From: Lingula anatina
Lineage: Eukaryota > Animalia > Brachiopoda
Assembly: GCA_051362555.1 (NCBI GenBank)
Contig: CM120648.1
Span: 13,512,587-13,576,586, forward strand
Length of the DNA: 64,000 nt
Reading direction: 5' to 3'
The first letter of the stretch is position 1. Every line of letters begins with the position of its first letter. The notes under the pieces are model-generated. The model did not search any database. It worked only from the letters and a program-made list of their open reading frames with translations, and was not told where the DNA came from. This document shows positions 39,377 through 54,100 of this stretch, in pieces. Both the position numbers and the translations under genes were made by a program.

Positions 39377-42300
39377 GTAAACCTTCCATTGCAGCCTTGT
39401 GGCTTCTTGGTTGACAGACTCTTCCTGTCTCTTCATGGCTAATGTCTATAGAAAAAAACAGGCATTGAAAGACAACATGAAGAGCAGTGCTCTGTCTCAT
39501 CCATGTGTGCAATACATGATATGTGGCAAGATTAAGGACATGATCAAATGGTGTGCTAACAGTCCGATTCCAGAAACCCACTGTAAGGATGAGTCTGCAT
39601 CTGGTATTGGTAGTAAGGAGAAGTCTTGATTGGGTATATGTTGTTTTTCAGAGAACAATAATAGGTTATTTACAACTTCCTACACAAACCAACACAAGTC
39701 ATCACATTTGTTGTTTTATTAGAGATAAAATGATTTATTGAAATATTGAAATATTTGTTTTTGTAAGTTTTCACTCTTCCACTATAAATGGCCATAAAAT
39801 ACACTTAAATTAGACACCCGTGACGTGATAAGTTTTTGTCAGATTTTCATTGTTGTAAAGCATCATTTGTACAAATTTCACAAAGATTGGACCACATTTG
39901 TCAAAATTATTAACGTTTAACAATTTTGATCCATGGAATTGGCCATTGTTTTCAACGTAATTTTAAGTTTTCTTGAATATATTATGCGAAAAAATCCATT
40001 TCATTAGACACAGGCAATTGATAATCTTATCTCAGATTATTACAGTTGTTAAGCATCATTTGTACAAATATCACAAACATAAGACCACATTTGTCAAAAC
40101 TATTAACATTAAACTATTTTTATCCATGGGATTTGCCATTGTTTTCAAGGTAATTTTTAGTTTTCTGAAATATATTGTCCGAAAAATAGTTTTGATTACA
40201 CACAGTTAACTGATAATGTTATCTCAGATTTTTATTGTTATTAGGCATCATTTATACAAATTTCACAAACATTGGACAAGATTTGTGAAAATTATTAACA
40301 TTTAACTATTTTATTCCATGGAATTTTCCCTTTTTCCAGGTAAGCCTTCCCTTGCAGCCTTGTGGCTTCTTGGTTGACAGACTCTACCTGTCTCTTCATT
40401 GCTAATGTCTATAGAAAAAACAGGCATTGAAAGACAACATGGAGAGCAGTGTTATATCTCATCCATGTGTGCAATACATGATATGTGGCAAGATTAAGGA
40501 CATGGTCAAATGGTGTGCTAACAGTCCTATTCCAGAAACCCACTGTAAGGATGAGTCTGCATCTGGTATTGGTAGTAAGGAGAAGTCTTGCTTGGTTATA
40601 TGTTGTTTTTTAGAGAACAATAATAGGTAATTTGCCATTTCCTACACAAACAAACACAAGTCATCACATTTGTTGTTTTATTTGAGATAAAATGATTTAT
40701 TGGAATATTGAAATATTTGTTTTTGTAAGTTCTCACTCCTCTGATATGAGTTGGCCATAAAATACACTTAAATTAAACACAGGGATGTGATAATCTTTTC
40801 TCAGATTTTTATTGTTGTAAACCATCATTTGTACAAATTTCACAAAGATTGGACCACATTTGTCAAAATTATTAACGTTTAACTATTTTGATCCATGTAA
40901 TTTGCCATTGTTTTCAATGTAATTTTTAGTTTTCTCGAATATATTCTCCGAAAAACAGTTTTGATTACACACAGTCAACTGATAATCTTATCTCAGATTT
41001 TTATTGTTATTAGGCATCATTTATACAAATTTCACAAAGATTAGACCAGATTTGTGAAAATTATTAACGTTTAACTATTTTGATCCATGTAATTTGCCAT
41101 TGTTTTCAATGTAATTTTTAGTTTTCTCGAATATATTGTCCGAAAAATAGTTTTGATTACACACAGTCAACTGATAATCTTATCTCAAATTTTTATTGTT
41201 ATTAGGCATCATTTATACAAATTTCACAAACATTGGACCAGATTTGTGAAAATTATTAACATTTAACTATTTTATTCCATGGAATTTTCCCTTTTTCCAG
41301 GTAAACCTTCCATTGCAGCCTTGTGGCTTCTTGGTTGACAGACTCTTCCTGTCTCTTTATGGCTAATGCCTATAGAAAAAACAGGCATTGAAAGACAACA
41401 TCAGGAGCAGTGCTCTGTCTCATCCATATGTACAATTCATGATATTTGGGAAGATTTAAGACATGGTCAAACGGTGTGCTAAGAGTCCGATTCCAGAAAC
41501 CCACTGTAAGGAGGAATCTGCATCTTCCATCTGCATCTGGTATTGGTAGTAAGGAGAAGTCTTGATTGGGTATATGTTGTTTTTCAGAAGACAATAATAG
41601 GTAATTTGCCACTTCCTACACAAACAAACACAAGTCATCACATTTGTTGTTTTATTTGAGATAAAATGATTTATTGGAATATTGAAATATTTGTTTTTGT
41701 CAGTTCTCACTCTTCCACTATAAATGGCCATAAAATACATTTAAATTAGACACCCATGACGTGATAAGTTTTTGTCAGATTTTAATTGTTGTAAAGCATC
41801 ATTTGTACAAATTTCACAAAGATTGGACAACATTTATCAAAATTATTAACGTTTAATTTGCCATTGTTTTCAATGTAATTTTTAGTTTTCTCGAATATAT
41901 TGTCCGAAAAATAGTTTTGATTACACACAGTCAACTGATAATCTTATCTCAGATTTTTATTGTTATTAGGCATCATTTATACAAATTTCACAAACATTGG
42001 ACCAGATTTGTGAAAATTATTAACATTTAACTATTTTATTCCATGGAATTTTCCCTTTTTCCAGGTAAACCTTCCATTGCAGCCTTGTGGCTTCTTGGTT
42101 GACAGACTCTTCCTGTCTCTTTATGGCTAATGCCTATAGAAAAAACAGGCATTGAAAGACAACATCAGGAGCAGTGCTCTGTCTCATCCATATGTACAAT
42201 TCATGATATTTGGGAAGATTTAAGACATGGTCAAACGGTGTGCTAAGAGTCCGATTCCAGAAACCCACTGTAAGGAGGAATCTGCATCTTCCATCTGCAT

Positions 42301-45300
42301 CTGGTATTGGTAGTAAGGAGAAGTCTTGATTGGGTATATGTTGTTTTTCAGAAGACAATAATAGGTAATTTGCCACTTCCTACACAAACAAACACAAGTC
42401 ATCACATTTGTTGTTTTATTTGAGATAAAATGATTTATTGGAATATTGAAATATTTGTTTTTGTCAGTTCTCACTCTTCCACTATAAATGGCCATAAAAT
42501 ACATTTAAATTAGACACCCATGATGTGATAAGTTTTTGTCAGATTTTAATTGTTGTAAAGCATCATTTGTACAAATTTCACAAAGATTGGACAACATTTA
42601 TCAAAATTATTAACGTTTAACTATTTTGATCCATGGAATTTGCCATTGTTTTCAACGTAATTTTTGTTTTTCTTCAATATATTATGCGAAAAAATCCATT
42701 TCATTAGACACAGGCAATTGATAATCTTATCTCAGATTATTACAGTTTTTAAGCATCATTTGTACAAATATCACAAACATTAGACCACATTTGTCAAAAC
42801 TATTAACATTTAACTATTTTGATCCATGGAATTTGCCATTGTTTTCAATGTAATTTTTAGTTTTCTTGAATATAATGTCCGAAAAATAGTTTTGATTACA
42901 CACAGTTAACTGATAATCTTATCTCAGATTTTTATTGTTATTAGGTATCATTTATACAAATTTCACAAACATTGGACCAGATTTGTGAAAATTATCAACA
43001 TTTAACTATTTCATTCCATGGAATTTTCCCTTTTTCCAGGTAAACCTTCCATTGCAGCCTTGTGGCTTCTTGGTTGACAGACTCTTCCTGTCTCTTTATT
43101 GCTAATGTCTATATAAAAAAACAGGCATTGAAAGACAACATCAGGAGCAGCTGTGCTCCGTCTCATCCATGTGTGCAATACATGATATGTGGCAAGATTA
43201 AATACATGGTCAAATGGTGTGCTAACAGTCCGATTCCAGAAACCCACTGTAAGGATGAGTCTGCATCTGGTATTGGTAGTAAGGAGAAGTCTTGATTGGG
43301 TATATGTTGTTTTTCAGAAGACAATAACAGGTAATTTGCCACTTTCTACACAAACCAACACAAGTCATCACATATGTTGTTTTATTTGAGATAAAATGAT
43401 TTATTGAAATATTGAAATATTTGTTTTTCGTAAGTTCTCACTCTTCTGATATAAATTATCAATAAAATACACTTAAATTAAACACAGGGATGTGATAACC
43501 TTTTCTCAGATTTTTATTGTTGTAAAGCATCATTTGTACAAATTTCACAAAGATTAGACCAGATTTGTGAAAATTATTAACGTTTAACTATTTTGATCCA
43601 TGTAATTTGCCATTGTTTTCAATGTAATTTTTAGTTTTCTCGAATATATTGTCCGAAAAATAGTTTTGATTACACACAGTCAACTGATAATCTTATCTCA
43701 GATTTTTATTGTTATAAGGCATCATTTATACAAATTTCACAAACATTGGACCAGATTTGTGAAAATTATCAACATTTAACTATTTCATTCCATGGAATTT
43801 TCCCTTTTTCCAGGTAAACCTTCCCTTGCAGCCTTGTGGCTTCTTGGTTGACAGACTCTACCTGTCTCTTTATTGCTAATGTCTATATAAAAAAACAGGC
43901 ATTGAAAGACAACATGAAGAGCAGTGCTATGTCTCATCCATGTGTGCAATACGTGATATTTGGGAAGATTTAGGACATGATCAAAGGGTGTGCTAACAGT
44001 CTAATTCCAGAAACCCACTGAAGGATGAGTCTGCATCTGGTATTGGTAGTAAGGAGAAGTCTTGATTGGGTATATGTTGTATGTCAGAAGACAATAAAAG
44101 GTAATTTGCCACTTCCTACACAAACAAACACAAGTCATCACATTTGTTGTTTTATTTGAGATAAAATGATTTATTGGAATATTGAAATATTTATTTTTGT
44201 AAGTTTTCACTCTTCCACTATAAATGGCCATAAAATACACTTAAATTAGACACCCGTGACGTGATAAGTTTTTCTCAGATTTTTATTGTTGTAAAGCATC
44301 ATTTGATCAAATTTCACAAAGATTGGGCTAGATTTGTTAAAATTATTAATGTTTAACTATTTTAAGTTTTGCAATTTGCCATTGTTTTCAATGTAAGTTT
44401 TAGTTTTCTGGAATATATTGTGTGAAAAAGTCCATTTCATTAGACACAGGAAACTGATAATGTTTTCTCAGATTTTTACAGTTGTTAAGCATCATTTGTC
44501 CAAATTTCACAAACATTAGACCACATTTGTCAAAATTATTAACATTTAACTATTTTAATCCATGTAATTTGCCATTGTTTTCAACATAATTTTTTGGTTT
44601 TCTCGAATATGTTGTGCAAAAAATCACTTTCATTACACGCAGTCAATTGATAATTTTATCTCAAATTTTTACATTTATTAGGCATCATTTACACAAATTT
44701 CACAAAGATTGGACAAGATTTGTCAAAACTATTAACATTTAACTATTTTTATCCATGGAATTTTCCCTTTTTCCAGGTAAGCCTTCCCTTGCAGCCTTGT
44801 GGCTTCTTGGTTGACAGACTCTACCTGTCTCTTCATTGCTAATGTCAATAGAAAAAACAGGCATTGAAAGACAACATGGAGAGCAGTGTTATATCTCATC
44901 CATGTGTGCAATACATGATATGTGGCAAGATTAAGGACATGGTCAAATGGTGTGCTAACAGTCCGATTCCAGAAACCCACTATAAGGATGAGTCTGCATC
45001 TGGAATTGGTAGTAAGGAGAAGTCTTGCTTGGTTATATGTTGTTTTTCAGAGAACAATAACAGGTAATTTGCCATTTCCTACACAAACAAACACAAGTCA
45101 TCACATATGTTGTTTTATTTGAGATAAAATGATTTATTGGAATATTGAAATATTTGTTTTTCGTAAGTTCTCACTCTTCTGATATGAATTGACAATAAAA
45201 TACACTTAAATTAAACACAGGGATGTGATAATTTTTTCTCAGATTTTTATTGTTGTAAAGCATCATTAGTACATATTTCACAAAGATTGGACCCCAGTTG

Positions 45301-48300
45301 TCACAATAATTAATGTTTAACTATTTTGATCCATGGAATTTGCCATTGTTTTCAATGTAATTTTTAGTTTTCTTGAATATAATGTCCGAAAAATAGTTTT
45401 GATTACACACAGTTAACTGATAATCTTATCTCAGATTTTTATTGTTATTAGGCATCATTTATACAAATTTCACAAACATTGGACCAGATTTGTGAAAATT
45501 ATTAACATTTAACTATTTTATTCCATGGAATTTTCCTTTTTCCAGGTAAGCCTTCCATTGCAGCCTTGTGGCTTCTTGGTTGACAGACTCTTCCTGTCTC
45601 GTTATGGCTAATGCCTATAGAAATGACAAGCATTGAAAGACAACATCAGGAGCAGCTGTGCTCCGTCTCATCCATGTGTGCAATACATGATATGTGGCAA
45701 GATTAAATACATGGTCAAATGGTGTGCTAACAGTCCGATTCCAGAAACCCACTGTAAGGATGAGTCTGCATCTGGTATTGGTAGTAAGGAGAAGTCTTGA
45801 TTGGGTATATGTTGTTTTTCAGAAGACAATAACAGGTAATTTGCCACTTTCTACACAAACCAACACAAGTCATCACATATGTTGTTTTATTTGAGATAAA
45901 ATGATTTATTGAAATATTGAAATATTTGTTTTTCGTAAGTTCTCACTCTTCTGATATAAATTATCAATAAAATACACTTAAATTAAACACAGGGATGTGA
46001 TAACCTTTTCTCAGATTTTTATTGTTGTAAAGCATCATTTGTACAAATTTCACAAAGATTAGACCAGATTTGTGAAAATTATTAACGTTTAACTATTTTG
46101 ATCCATGTAATTTGCCATTGTTTTCATCCATGTTTGCAATACATGATATGTGGCAAGATTAAGGACATGGTCAAATGGTGTGCTAACAGTCCGATTCCAG
46201 AAACCCACAGTAAGGATGTGTCTGCATCTGGTATTGGTAGTAAGGAGAAGTCTTGATTGGGTATATGTTGTATTTCAGAGAACAATAATAGGTTTTTACC
46301 ACTTCCTACACAAACCAACACAAGTCATCACATTTGTTGTTTTATTAGAGATAAAATGATTTATTGAAATATTGAAATATTTGTTTTTTGTAAGTTTCCA
46401 CTTTTCTGATATGAATTGGCAGTAAAAAACACTTAAATTAAACACAGGGATGTGATAAGCTTTTCTCAGATTTTTATTGTTGTAAAGCATCATTTGTACA
46501 AATTTCACAAAGATTGGACCACAGTTGTCACAATAATTAATGTTTAACTATTTTGATCCATGGAATTTGTCATTGTTTTCAATGTAATTTTTAGTTTTTT
46601 CAAATATATTGTCCGAAAAATAGTTTTGATTACACACAGTCAACTGATAATCTTATCTCAGATTTTTACATTTATTAGGCATCATTTACACAAATTTCAC
46701 AAAGATTGGACCAGATTTGTGAAAATTATTAACATTTAACTATTTTATTCCATGGAATTTGCCCTTTTTCCAGGTAAACCTTCCATTGCAGCCTTGTGGC
46801 TTCTTGGTTGACAGACTCTTCCTGTCTCTTCATGGCTAATGTCTATAGAAAAAAACAGGCATTGAAAGACAACATGAAGAGCAGTGCTCTGTCTCATCCA
46901 TGTGTGCAATACATGATATGTGGCAAGATTAAGGACATGATCAAATGGTGTGCTAACAGTCCGATTCCAGAAACCCACTGTAAGGATGAGTCTGCATCTG
47001 GTATTGGTAGTAAGGAGAAGTCTTGATTGGGTATATGTTGTTTTTCAGAGAACAATAATAGGTTATTTACAACTTCCTACACAAACCAACACAAGTCATC
47101 ACATTTGTTGTTTTATTAGAGATAAAATGATTTATTGAAATATTGAAATATTTGTTTTTGTAAGTTTTCACTCTTCCACTATAAATGGCCATAAAATACA
47201 CTTAAATTAGACACCCGTGACGTGATAAGTTTTTGTCAGATTTTTATTGTTGTAAAGCATCATTTGTACAAATTTCACAAAGATTGGACCACATTTGTCA
47301 AAATTATTAACGTTTAACAATTTTGATCCATGGAATTGGCCATTGTTTTCAACGTAATTTTAAGTTTTCTTGAATATATTATGCGAAAAAATCCATTTCA
47401 TTAGACACAGGCAATTGATAATCTTATCTCAGATTATTACAGTTGTTAAGCATCATTTGTACAAATATCACAAACATAAGACCACATTTGTCAAAACTAT
47501 TAACATTAAACTATTTTTATCCATGGGATTTGCCATTGTTTTCAAGGTAATTTTTAGTTTTCTGAAATATATTGTCCGAAAAATAGTTTTGATTACACAC
47601 AGTTAACTGATAATGTTATCTCAGATTTTTATTGTTATTAGGCATCATTTATACAAATTTCACAAACATTGGACAAGATTTGTGAAAATTATTAACATTT
47701 AACTATTTTATTCCATGGAATTTTCCCTTTTTCCAGGTAAGCCTTCCCTTGCAGCCTTGTGGCTTCTTGGTTGACAGACTCTTCCTGTCTCTTCATTGCT
47801 AATGTCTATAGAAAAAGCAGGCATTGAAAGACAACATGGAGAGCAGTGTTATATCTCATCCATGTGTGCAATACATGATATGTGGCAAGATTAAGGACAT
47901 GGTCAAATGGTGTGCTAACAGTCCTATTCCAGAAACCCACTGTAAGGATGAGTCTGCATCTGGTATTGGTAGTAAGGAGAAGTCTTGCTTGGTTATATGT
48001 TGTTTTTTAGAGAACAATAATATGTAATTTGCCATTTCCTACACAAACAAACACAAGTCATCACATTTGTTGTTTTATTTGAGATAAAATGATTTATTGG
48101 AATATTGAAATATTTGTTTTTGTAAGTTCTCACTCCTCTGATATGAGTTGGCCATAAAATACACTTAAATTAAACACAGGGATGTGATAATCTTTTCTCA
48201 GATTTTTATTGTTGTAAACCATCATTTGTACAAATTTCACAAAGATTGGACCACATTTGTCAAAATTATTAACGTTTAACTATTTTGATCCATGTAATTT

Positions 48301-51164
48301 GCCATTGTTTTCAATGTAATTTTTAGTTTTCTCGAATATATTCTCCGAAAAATGGTTTTGATTACACACAGTCAACTGATAATCTTATCTCAGATTTTTA
48401 TTGTTATTAGGCATCATTTATACCAATTTCACAAACATTGGACCAGATTTGTGAAAATTATTAACATTTAACTATTTTATTCCATGGAATTTGCCCTCTT
48501 TCCAGGTAAACCTTCCATTGCAACCTTGTGGCTTCTTGGTTGACAGACTCTTCCTGTCTCGTTATGGCTAATGCCTATAGAAAAAAACAGGCATATTGTG
48601 TGCAATACATGATATGTGGCAAGATTAATGACATGGTCAAATGGTGTGCTAACAGTCCGATTCCAGAAACCCACTGAAAGGATGAGTCTGCATCTGGTAT
48701 TGGTAGTAAGGAGAAGTCTTGATTGGGTATATGTTGTTTTTCAGAGAACAATAATAGGTTATTTACCACTTCCTACACAAACCAACACAAGTCATTACAT
48801 TTGTTGTTTTATTAGAGATAAAATGATTTATTGAAATATTGAAATATTTGTTTTTGTAAGTTTTCACTCTTCCACTATAAATGGCCATAAAACACACTTA
48901 AATTAGACTCCCGTGACGTGATAAGTTTTTGTCAGATTTTCATTGTTGTAAAGCATCATTTGTACAAATTTCACAAAGATTTTACCACATTTGTCAAAAT
49001 TATTAACGTTTAACAATTTTGATCCATGGAATTTGCCATTGTTTTCAACGTAATTTTAAGTTTTCTTGAATATATTATGCGAAAAAATCAATTTCATTAG
49101 ACACAGGCAATTGATAATCTTATCTCAGATTATTACAGTTGTTAAGCATCATTTGTACAAATATCACAAACATAAGACCACATTTGTCAAAACTATTAAC
49201 ATTAAACTATTTTTATCCATGGGATTTGCCATTGTTTTCAAGGTAATTTTTAGTTTTCTGAAATATATTGTCCGAAAAATAGTTTTGATTACACACAGTT
49301 AACTGATAATGTTATCTCAGATTTTTATTGTTATTAGGTATCATTTATACAAATTTCACAAACATTGGACCAGATTTGTGAAAATTATCAACATTTAACT
49401 ATTTCATTGCATGGAATTTTCCCTTTTTCCAGGTAAACCTTCCATTGCAGCCTTGTGGCTTCTTGGTTGACAGACTCTTCCTGTCTCTTTATTGCTAATG
49501 TCTATAGAAAAAAACAGGCATTGAAAGACAACATGAAGAGCAGTGCTATGTCTCATCCATGTGTGCAATACGTGATATTCGGGAAGATTTAGGACATGAT
49601 CAAAGGGTGTGCTAACAGTCTAATTCCAGAAACCCACTGAAGGATGAGTCTGCATCTGGTATTGGTAGTAAGGAGAAGTCTTGATTGGGTATATGTTGTA
49701 TGTCAGAAGACAATAAAAGGTAATTTGCCACTTCCTACACAAACAAACACAAGTCATCACATTTGTTGTTTTATTTGAGATAAAATGATTTATTGGAATA
49801 TTGAAATATTTATTTTTGTAAGTTTTCACTCTTCCACTATAAATGGCCATAAAATACACTTAAATTAGACACCCGTGACGTGATAAGTTTTTCTCAGATT
49901 TTTATTGTTGTAAAGCATCATTTGTTCAAATTTCACAAAGATTGGGCTAGATTTGTCAAAATTATTAATGTTTAACTATTTTAAGTTGTGCAATTTGCCA
50001 TTGTTTTCAATGTAAGTTTTAGTTTTCTGGAATATATTGTGTGAAAAAGTCCATTTCATTAGACACAGGAAACTGATAATGTTATCTCAGATTTTTACAG
50101 TTGTTAAGCATCATTTGTCCAAATTTCACAAACATTAGACCACATTTGTCAAAATTATTAACATTTAACTATTTTAATCCATGTAATTTGCCATTGTTTT
50201 CAACATAATTTTTTGGTTTTCTCGAATATGTTGTGCAAAAAATCACTTTCATTACACGCAGTCAATTGATAATTTTATCTCAAATTTTTACATTTATTAG
50301 GCATCATTTACACAAATTTCACAAAGATTGGACAAGATTTGTCAAAACTATTAACATTTAACTATTTTTATCCATGGAATTTTCCCTTTTTCCAGGTAAG
50401 CCTTCCCTTGCAGCCTTGTGGCTTCTTGGTTGACAGACTCTACCTGGCTCTTCATTGCTAATGTCAATAGAAAAAACAGGCATTGAAAGACAACATGGAG
50501 AGCAGTGTTATATCTCATCCATGTGTGCAATACATGATATGTGGCAAGATTAAGGACATGGTCAAATGGTGTGCTAACAGTCCGATTCCAGAAACCCACT
50601 ATAAGGATGAGTCTGCATCTGGAATTGGTAGTAAGGAGAAGTCTTGCTTGGTTATATGTTGTTTTTCAGAGAACAATAATAGGTAATTTGCCATTTCCTA
50701 CACAAACAAACACAAGTCATCACATATGTTGTTTTATTTGAGATAAAATGATTTATTGGAATATTGAAATATTTGTATTTCGTAAGTTCTCACTCTTCTG
50801 ATATGAATTGACAATAAAATACACTTAAATTAAACACAGGGATGTGATAATTTTTTCTCAGATTTTTATTGTTGTAAACCATCATTTGTACGTATTACAC
50901 AAAGATTGGACCACAATTGTCAACATTATTAACGTTTAACTATTTTGATCCATGTAATTTGCCATTGGTTCAATGTAATTTTTAGTTTTCTCGAATATAT
51001 TGTCCGAAAAATAGTTTTGATTACACACAGTCAACTGATAATCGTATCTCAGATTTTTATTGTTATTAGGCATTATTTATACAAATTTCACAAACATTGG
51101 ACCAGATTTGTGAAAATTATTAACATTTAACTATTTTATTCCATGGAATTTGCCCTTTTTCCAG

Positions 51165-54100
51165 GTAAACCTTCCATTGCAGTCTTGTGGCTTCTTGGTT
51201 GACAGACTCTTCCTGTCTCTTTATGGCTAATGCCTATAGAAAAAACAGGCATTGAAAGACAACATCAGGAGCAGTGCTCTGTCTCATCCATGTGTGCAAT
51301 ACGTGATATTTGGGAAGATTAAAGACATGATCAAATGGTGTGCTAACAGTCCAATTCCAGAAACCCACTGTAAGGATGAGTCTGCATCTGGTATTGGTAG
51401 TAAGGAGAAGTCTTGATTGGGTATATGTTGTATGTCAGAAGACAATAACAGGTAACTTGCCACTTCCTACACAAACAAACACAAGTCATCACATCTGTTG
51501 TTTTATTTGAGATAAAATGATTTATTGGAATATTGAAATATTTGTTTTTGTAAGTTTTCACTCTTCCACTATAAATGGCCATAAAATACACTTAAATTAG
51601 ACACCCGTGACGTGATAAGTTTTTGTCAGATTTTCATTGTTGTAAAGCATCATTTGTACAAATTTCACAAAGATTGGACAACATATATCAAAATTATTAA
51701 CGTTTAACTATTTTGATCCATGGAATTGGCCATTGTTTTCAACGTAATTTTTAGTTTTCTTGAATATATTATGCGAAAAAATCCATTTCATTAGACACAG
51801 GCAATTGATAATTTTATCTCAGAGTATTACAGTTGTTACGGTAAGCATCATTTGTACAAATATCACAAACATTAGACCACATTTGTCAAAACTATTAACA
51901 TTTAACTATTTTTATCCATGGGATTTGCCATTGTTTTCAAGGTAATTTTTAGTTTTCTGAAATATATTGTCCGAAAAATAGTTTTGATTACACGCAGTTA
52001 ACTGATAATGTTATCTCAGATTTTTATTGTTATTAGGCATCATTTATACAAATTTCACAAACATTGGACAAGATTTGTGAAAATTATTAACATTTAACTA
52101 TTTTATTCCATGGAATTTTCCCTTTTTCCAGGTAAGCCTTCCCTTGCAGCCTTGTGGCTTCTTGGTTGACAGACTCTACCTGTCTCTTCATTGCTAATGT
52201 CTATAGAAAAAACAGGCATTGAAAGACAACATGGAGAGCAGTAATATATCTCATCCATGTTTGCAATACATGATATGTGGCAAGATTAAGGACATGGTCA
52301 AATGGTGTGCTAACAGTCCTATTCCAGAAACCCACTGTAAGGATGAGTCTGCATCTGGTATTGGTAGTAAGGAGAAGTCTTGCTTGGTTATATGTTGTTT
52401 TTCAGAGAACAATAATAGGTAATTTGCCATTTCCTACACAAACAAACACAAGTCATCACATTTGTTGTTTTATTTGAGATAAAATGATTTATTGGAATAT
52501 TGAAATATTTGTTTTTGTAAGTTCTCACTCCTCTGATATGAGTTGGCCATAAAATACACTTAAATTAAACACAGGGATGTGATAATCTTTTCTCAGATTT
52601 TTATTGTTGTAAACCATCATTTGTACAAATTTCACAAAGATTGGACCACATTTGTCAAAATTATTAACGTTTAACTATTTTGATCCATGTAATTTGTCAT
52701 TGTTTTCAATGTAATTTTTAGTTTTCTTGAATATAATGTCCGAAAAATAGTTTTGATTACACACAGTTAACTGATAATCTTATCTCAGATTTTTATTGTT
52801 ATTAGGCATCATTTATACAAATTTCACAAACATTGGACCAGATTTGTGAAAATTATTAACATTTAACTATTTTATTCCATGGAATTTTCCTTTTTCCAGG
52901 TAAGCCTTCCATTGCAGCCTTGTGGCTTCTTGGTTGACAGACTCTTCCTGTCTCGTTATGGCTAATGCCTATAGAAATGACAGGCATTGAAAGACAACAT
53001 CAGGAGCAGCTGTGCTCTGTCTCATCCATGTGTGCAATACATGATATGTGGCAAGATTAAATACATGGTCAAATGGTGTGCTAACAGTCCGATTCCAGAA
53101 ACCCACTGTAAGGATGAGTCTGCATCTGGTATTGGTAGTAAGGAGAAGTCTTGATTGGGTATATGTTGTTTTTCAGAAGACAATAACAGGTAATTTGCCA
53201 CTTTCTACACAAACCAACACAAGTCATCACATAAGTTGTTTTATTTGAGATAAAATGATTTATTGAAATATTGAAATATTTGTTTTTCGTAAGTTCTCAC
53301 TCTTCTGATATAAATTATCAATAAAATACACTTAAATTAAACACAGGGATGTGATAACCTTTTCTCAGATTTTTATTGTTGTAAAGCATCATTTGTACAA
53401 ATTTCACAAAGATTAGACCAGATTTGTGAAAATTATTAACGTTTAACTATTTTGATCCATGTAATTTGCCATTGTTTTCAATGTAATTTTTAGTTTTCTC
53501 GAATATATTGTCCGAAAAATAGTTTTGATTACACACAGTCAACTGATAATCGTATCTCAGATTTTTATTGTTATTAGGCATTATTTATACAAATTTCACA
53601 AACATTGGACCAGATTTGTGAAAATTATTAACATTTAACTATTTTATTCCATGGAATTTGCCATTTTTCCAGGTAAACCTTCCATTGCAGTCTTGTGGCT
53701 TCTTGGTTGACAGACTCTTCCTGTCTCTTTATGGCTAATGCCTATAGAAAAAACAGGCATTGAAAGACAACATCAGGAGCAGTGCTCTGTTTCATCCATG
53801 TGTGCAATACGTGATATTTGGGAAGATTAAAGACATGATCAAATGGTGTGCTAACAGTCCAATTCCAGAAACCCACTGTAAGGATGAGTCTGCATCTGGT
53901 ATTGGTAGTAAGGAGAAGTCTTGATTGGGTATATGTTGTATGTCAGAAGACAATAACAGGTAACTTGCCACTTCCTACACAAACAAACACAAGTCATCAC
54001 ATCTGTTGTTTTATTTGAGATAAAATGATTTATTGGAATATTGAAATATTTGTTTTTGTAAGTTTTCACTCTTCCACTATAAATGGCCATAAAATACACT

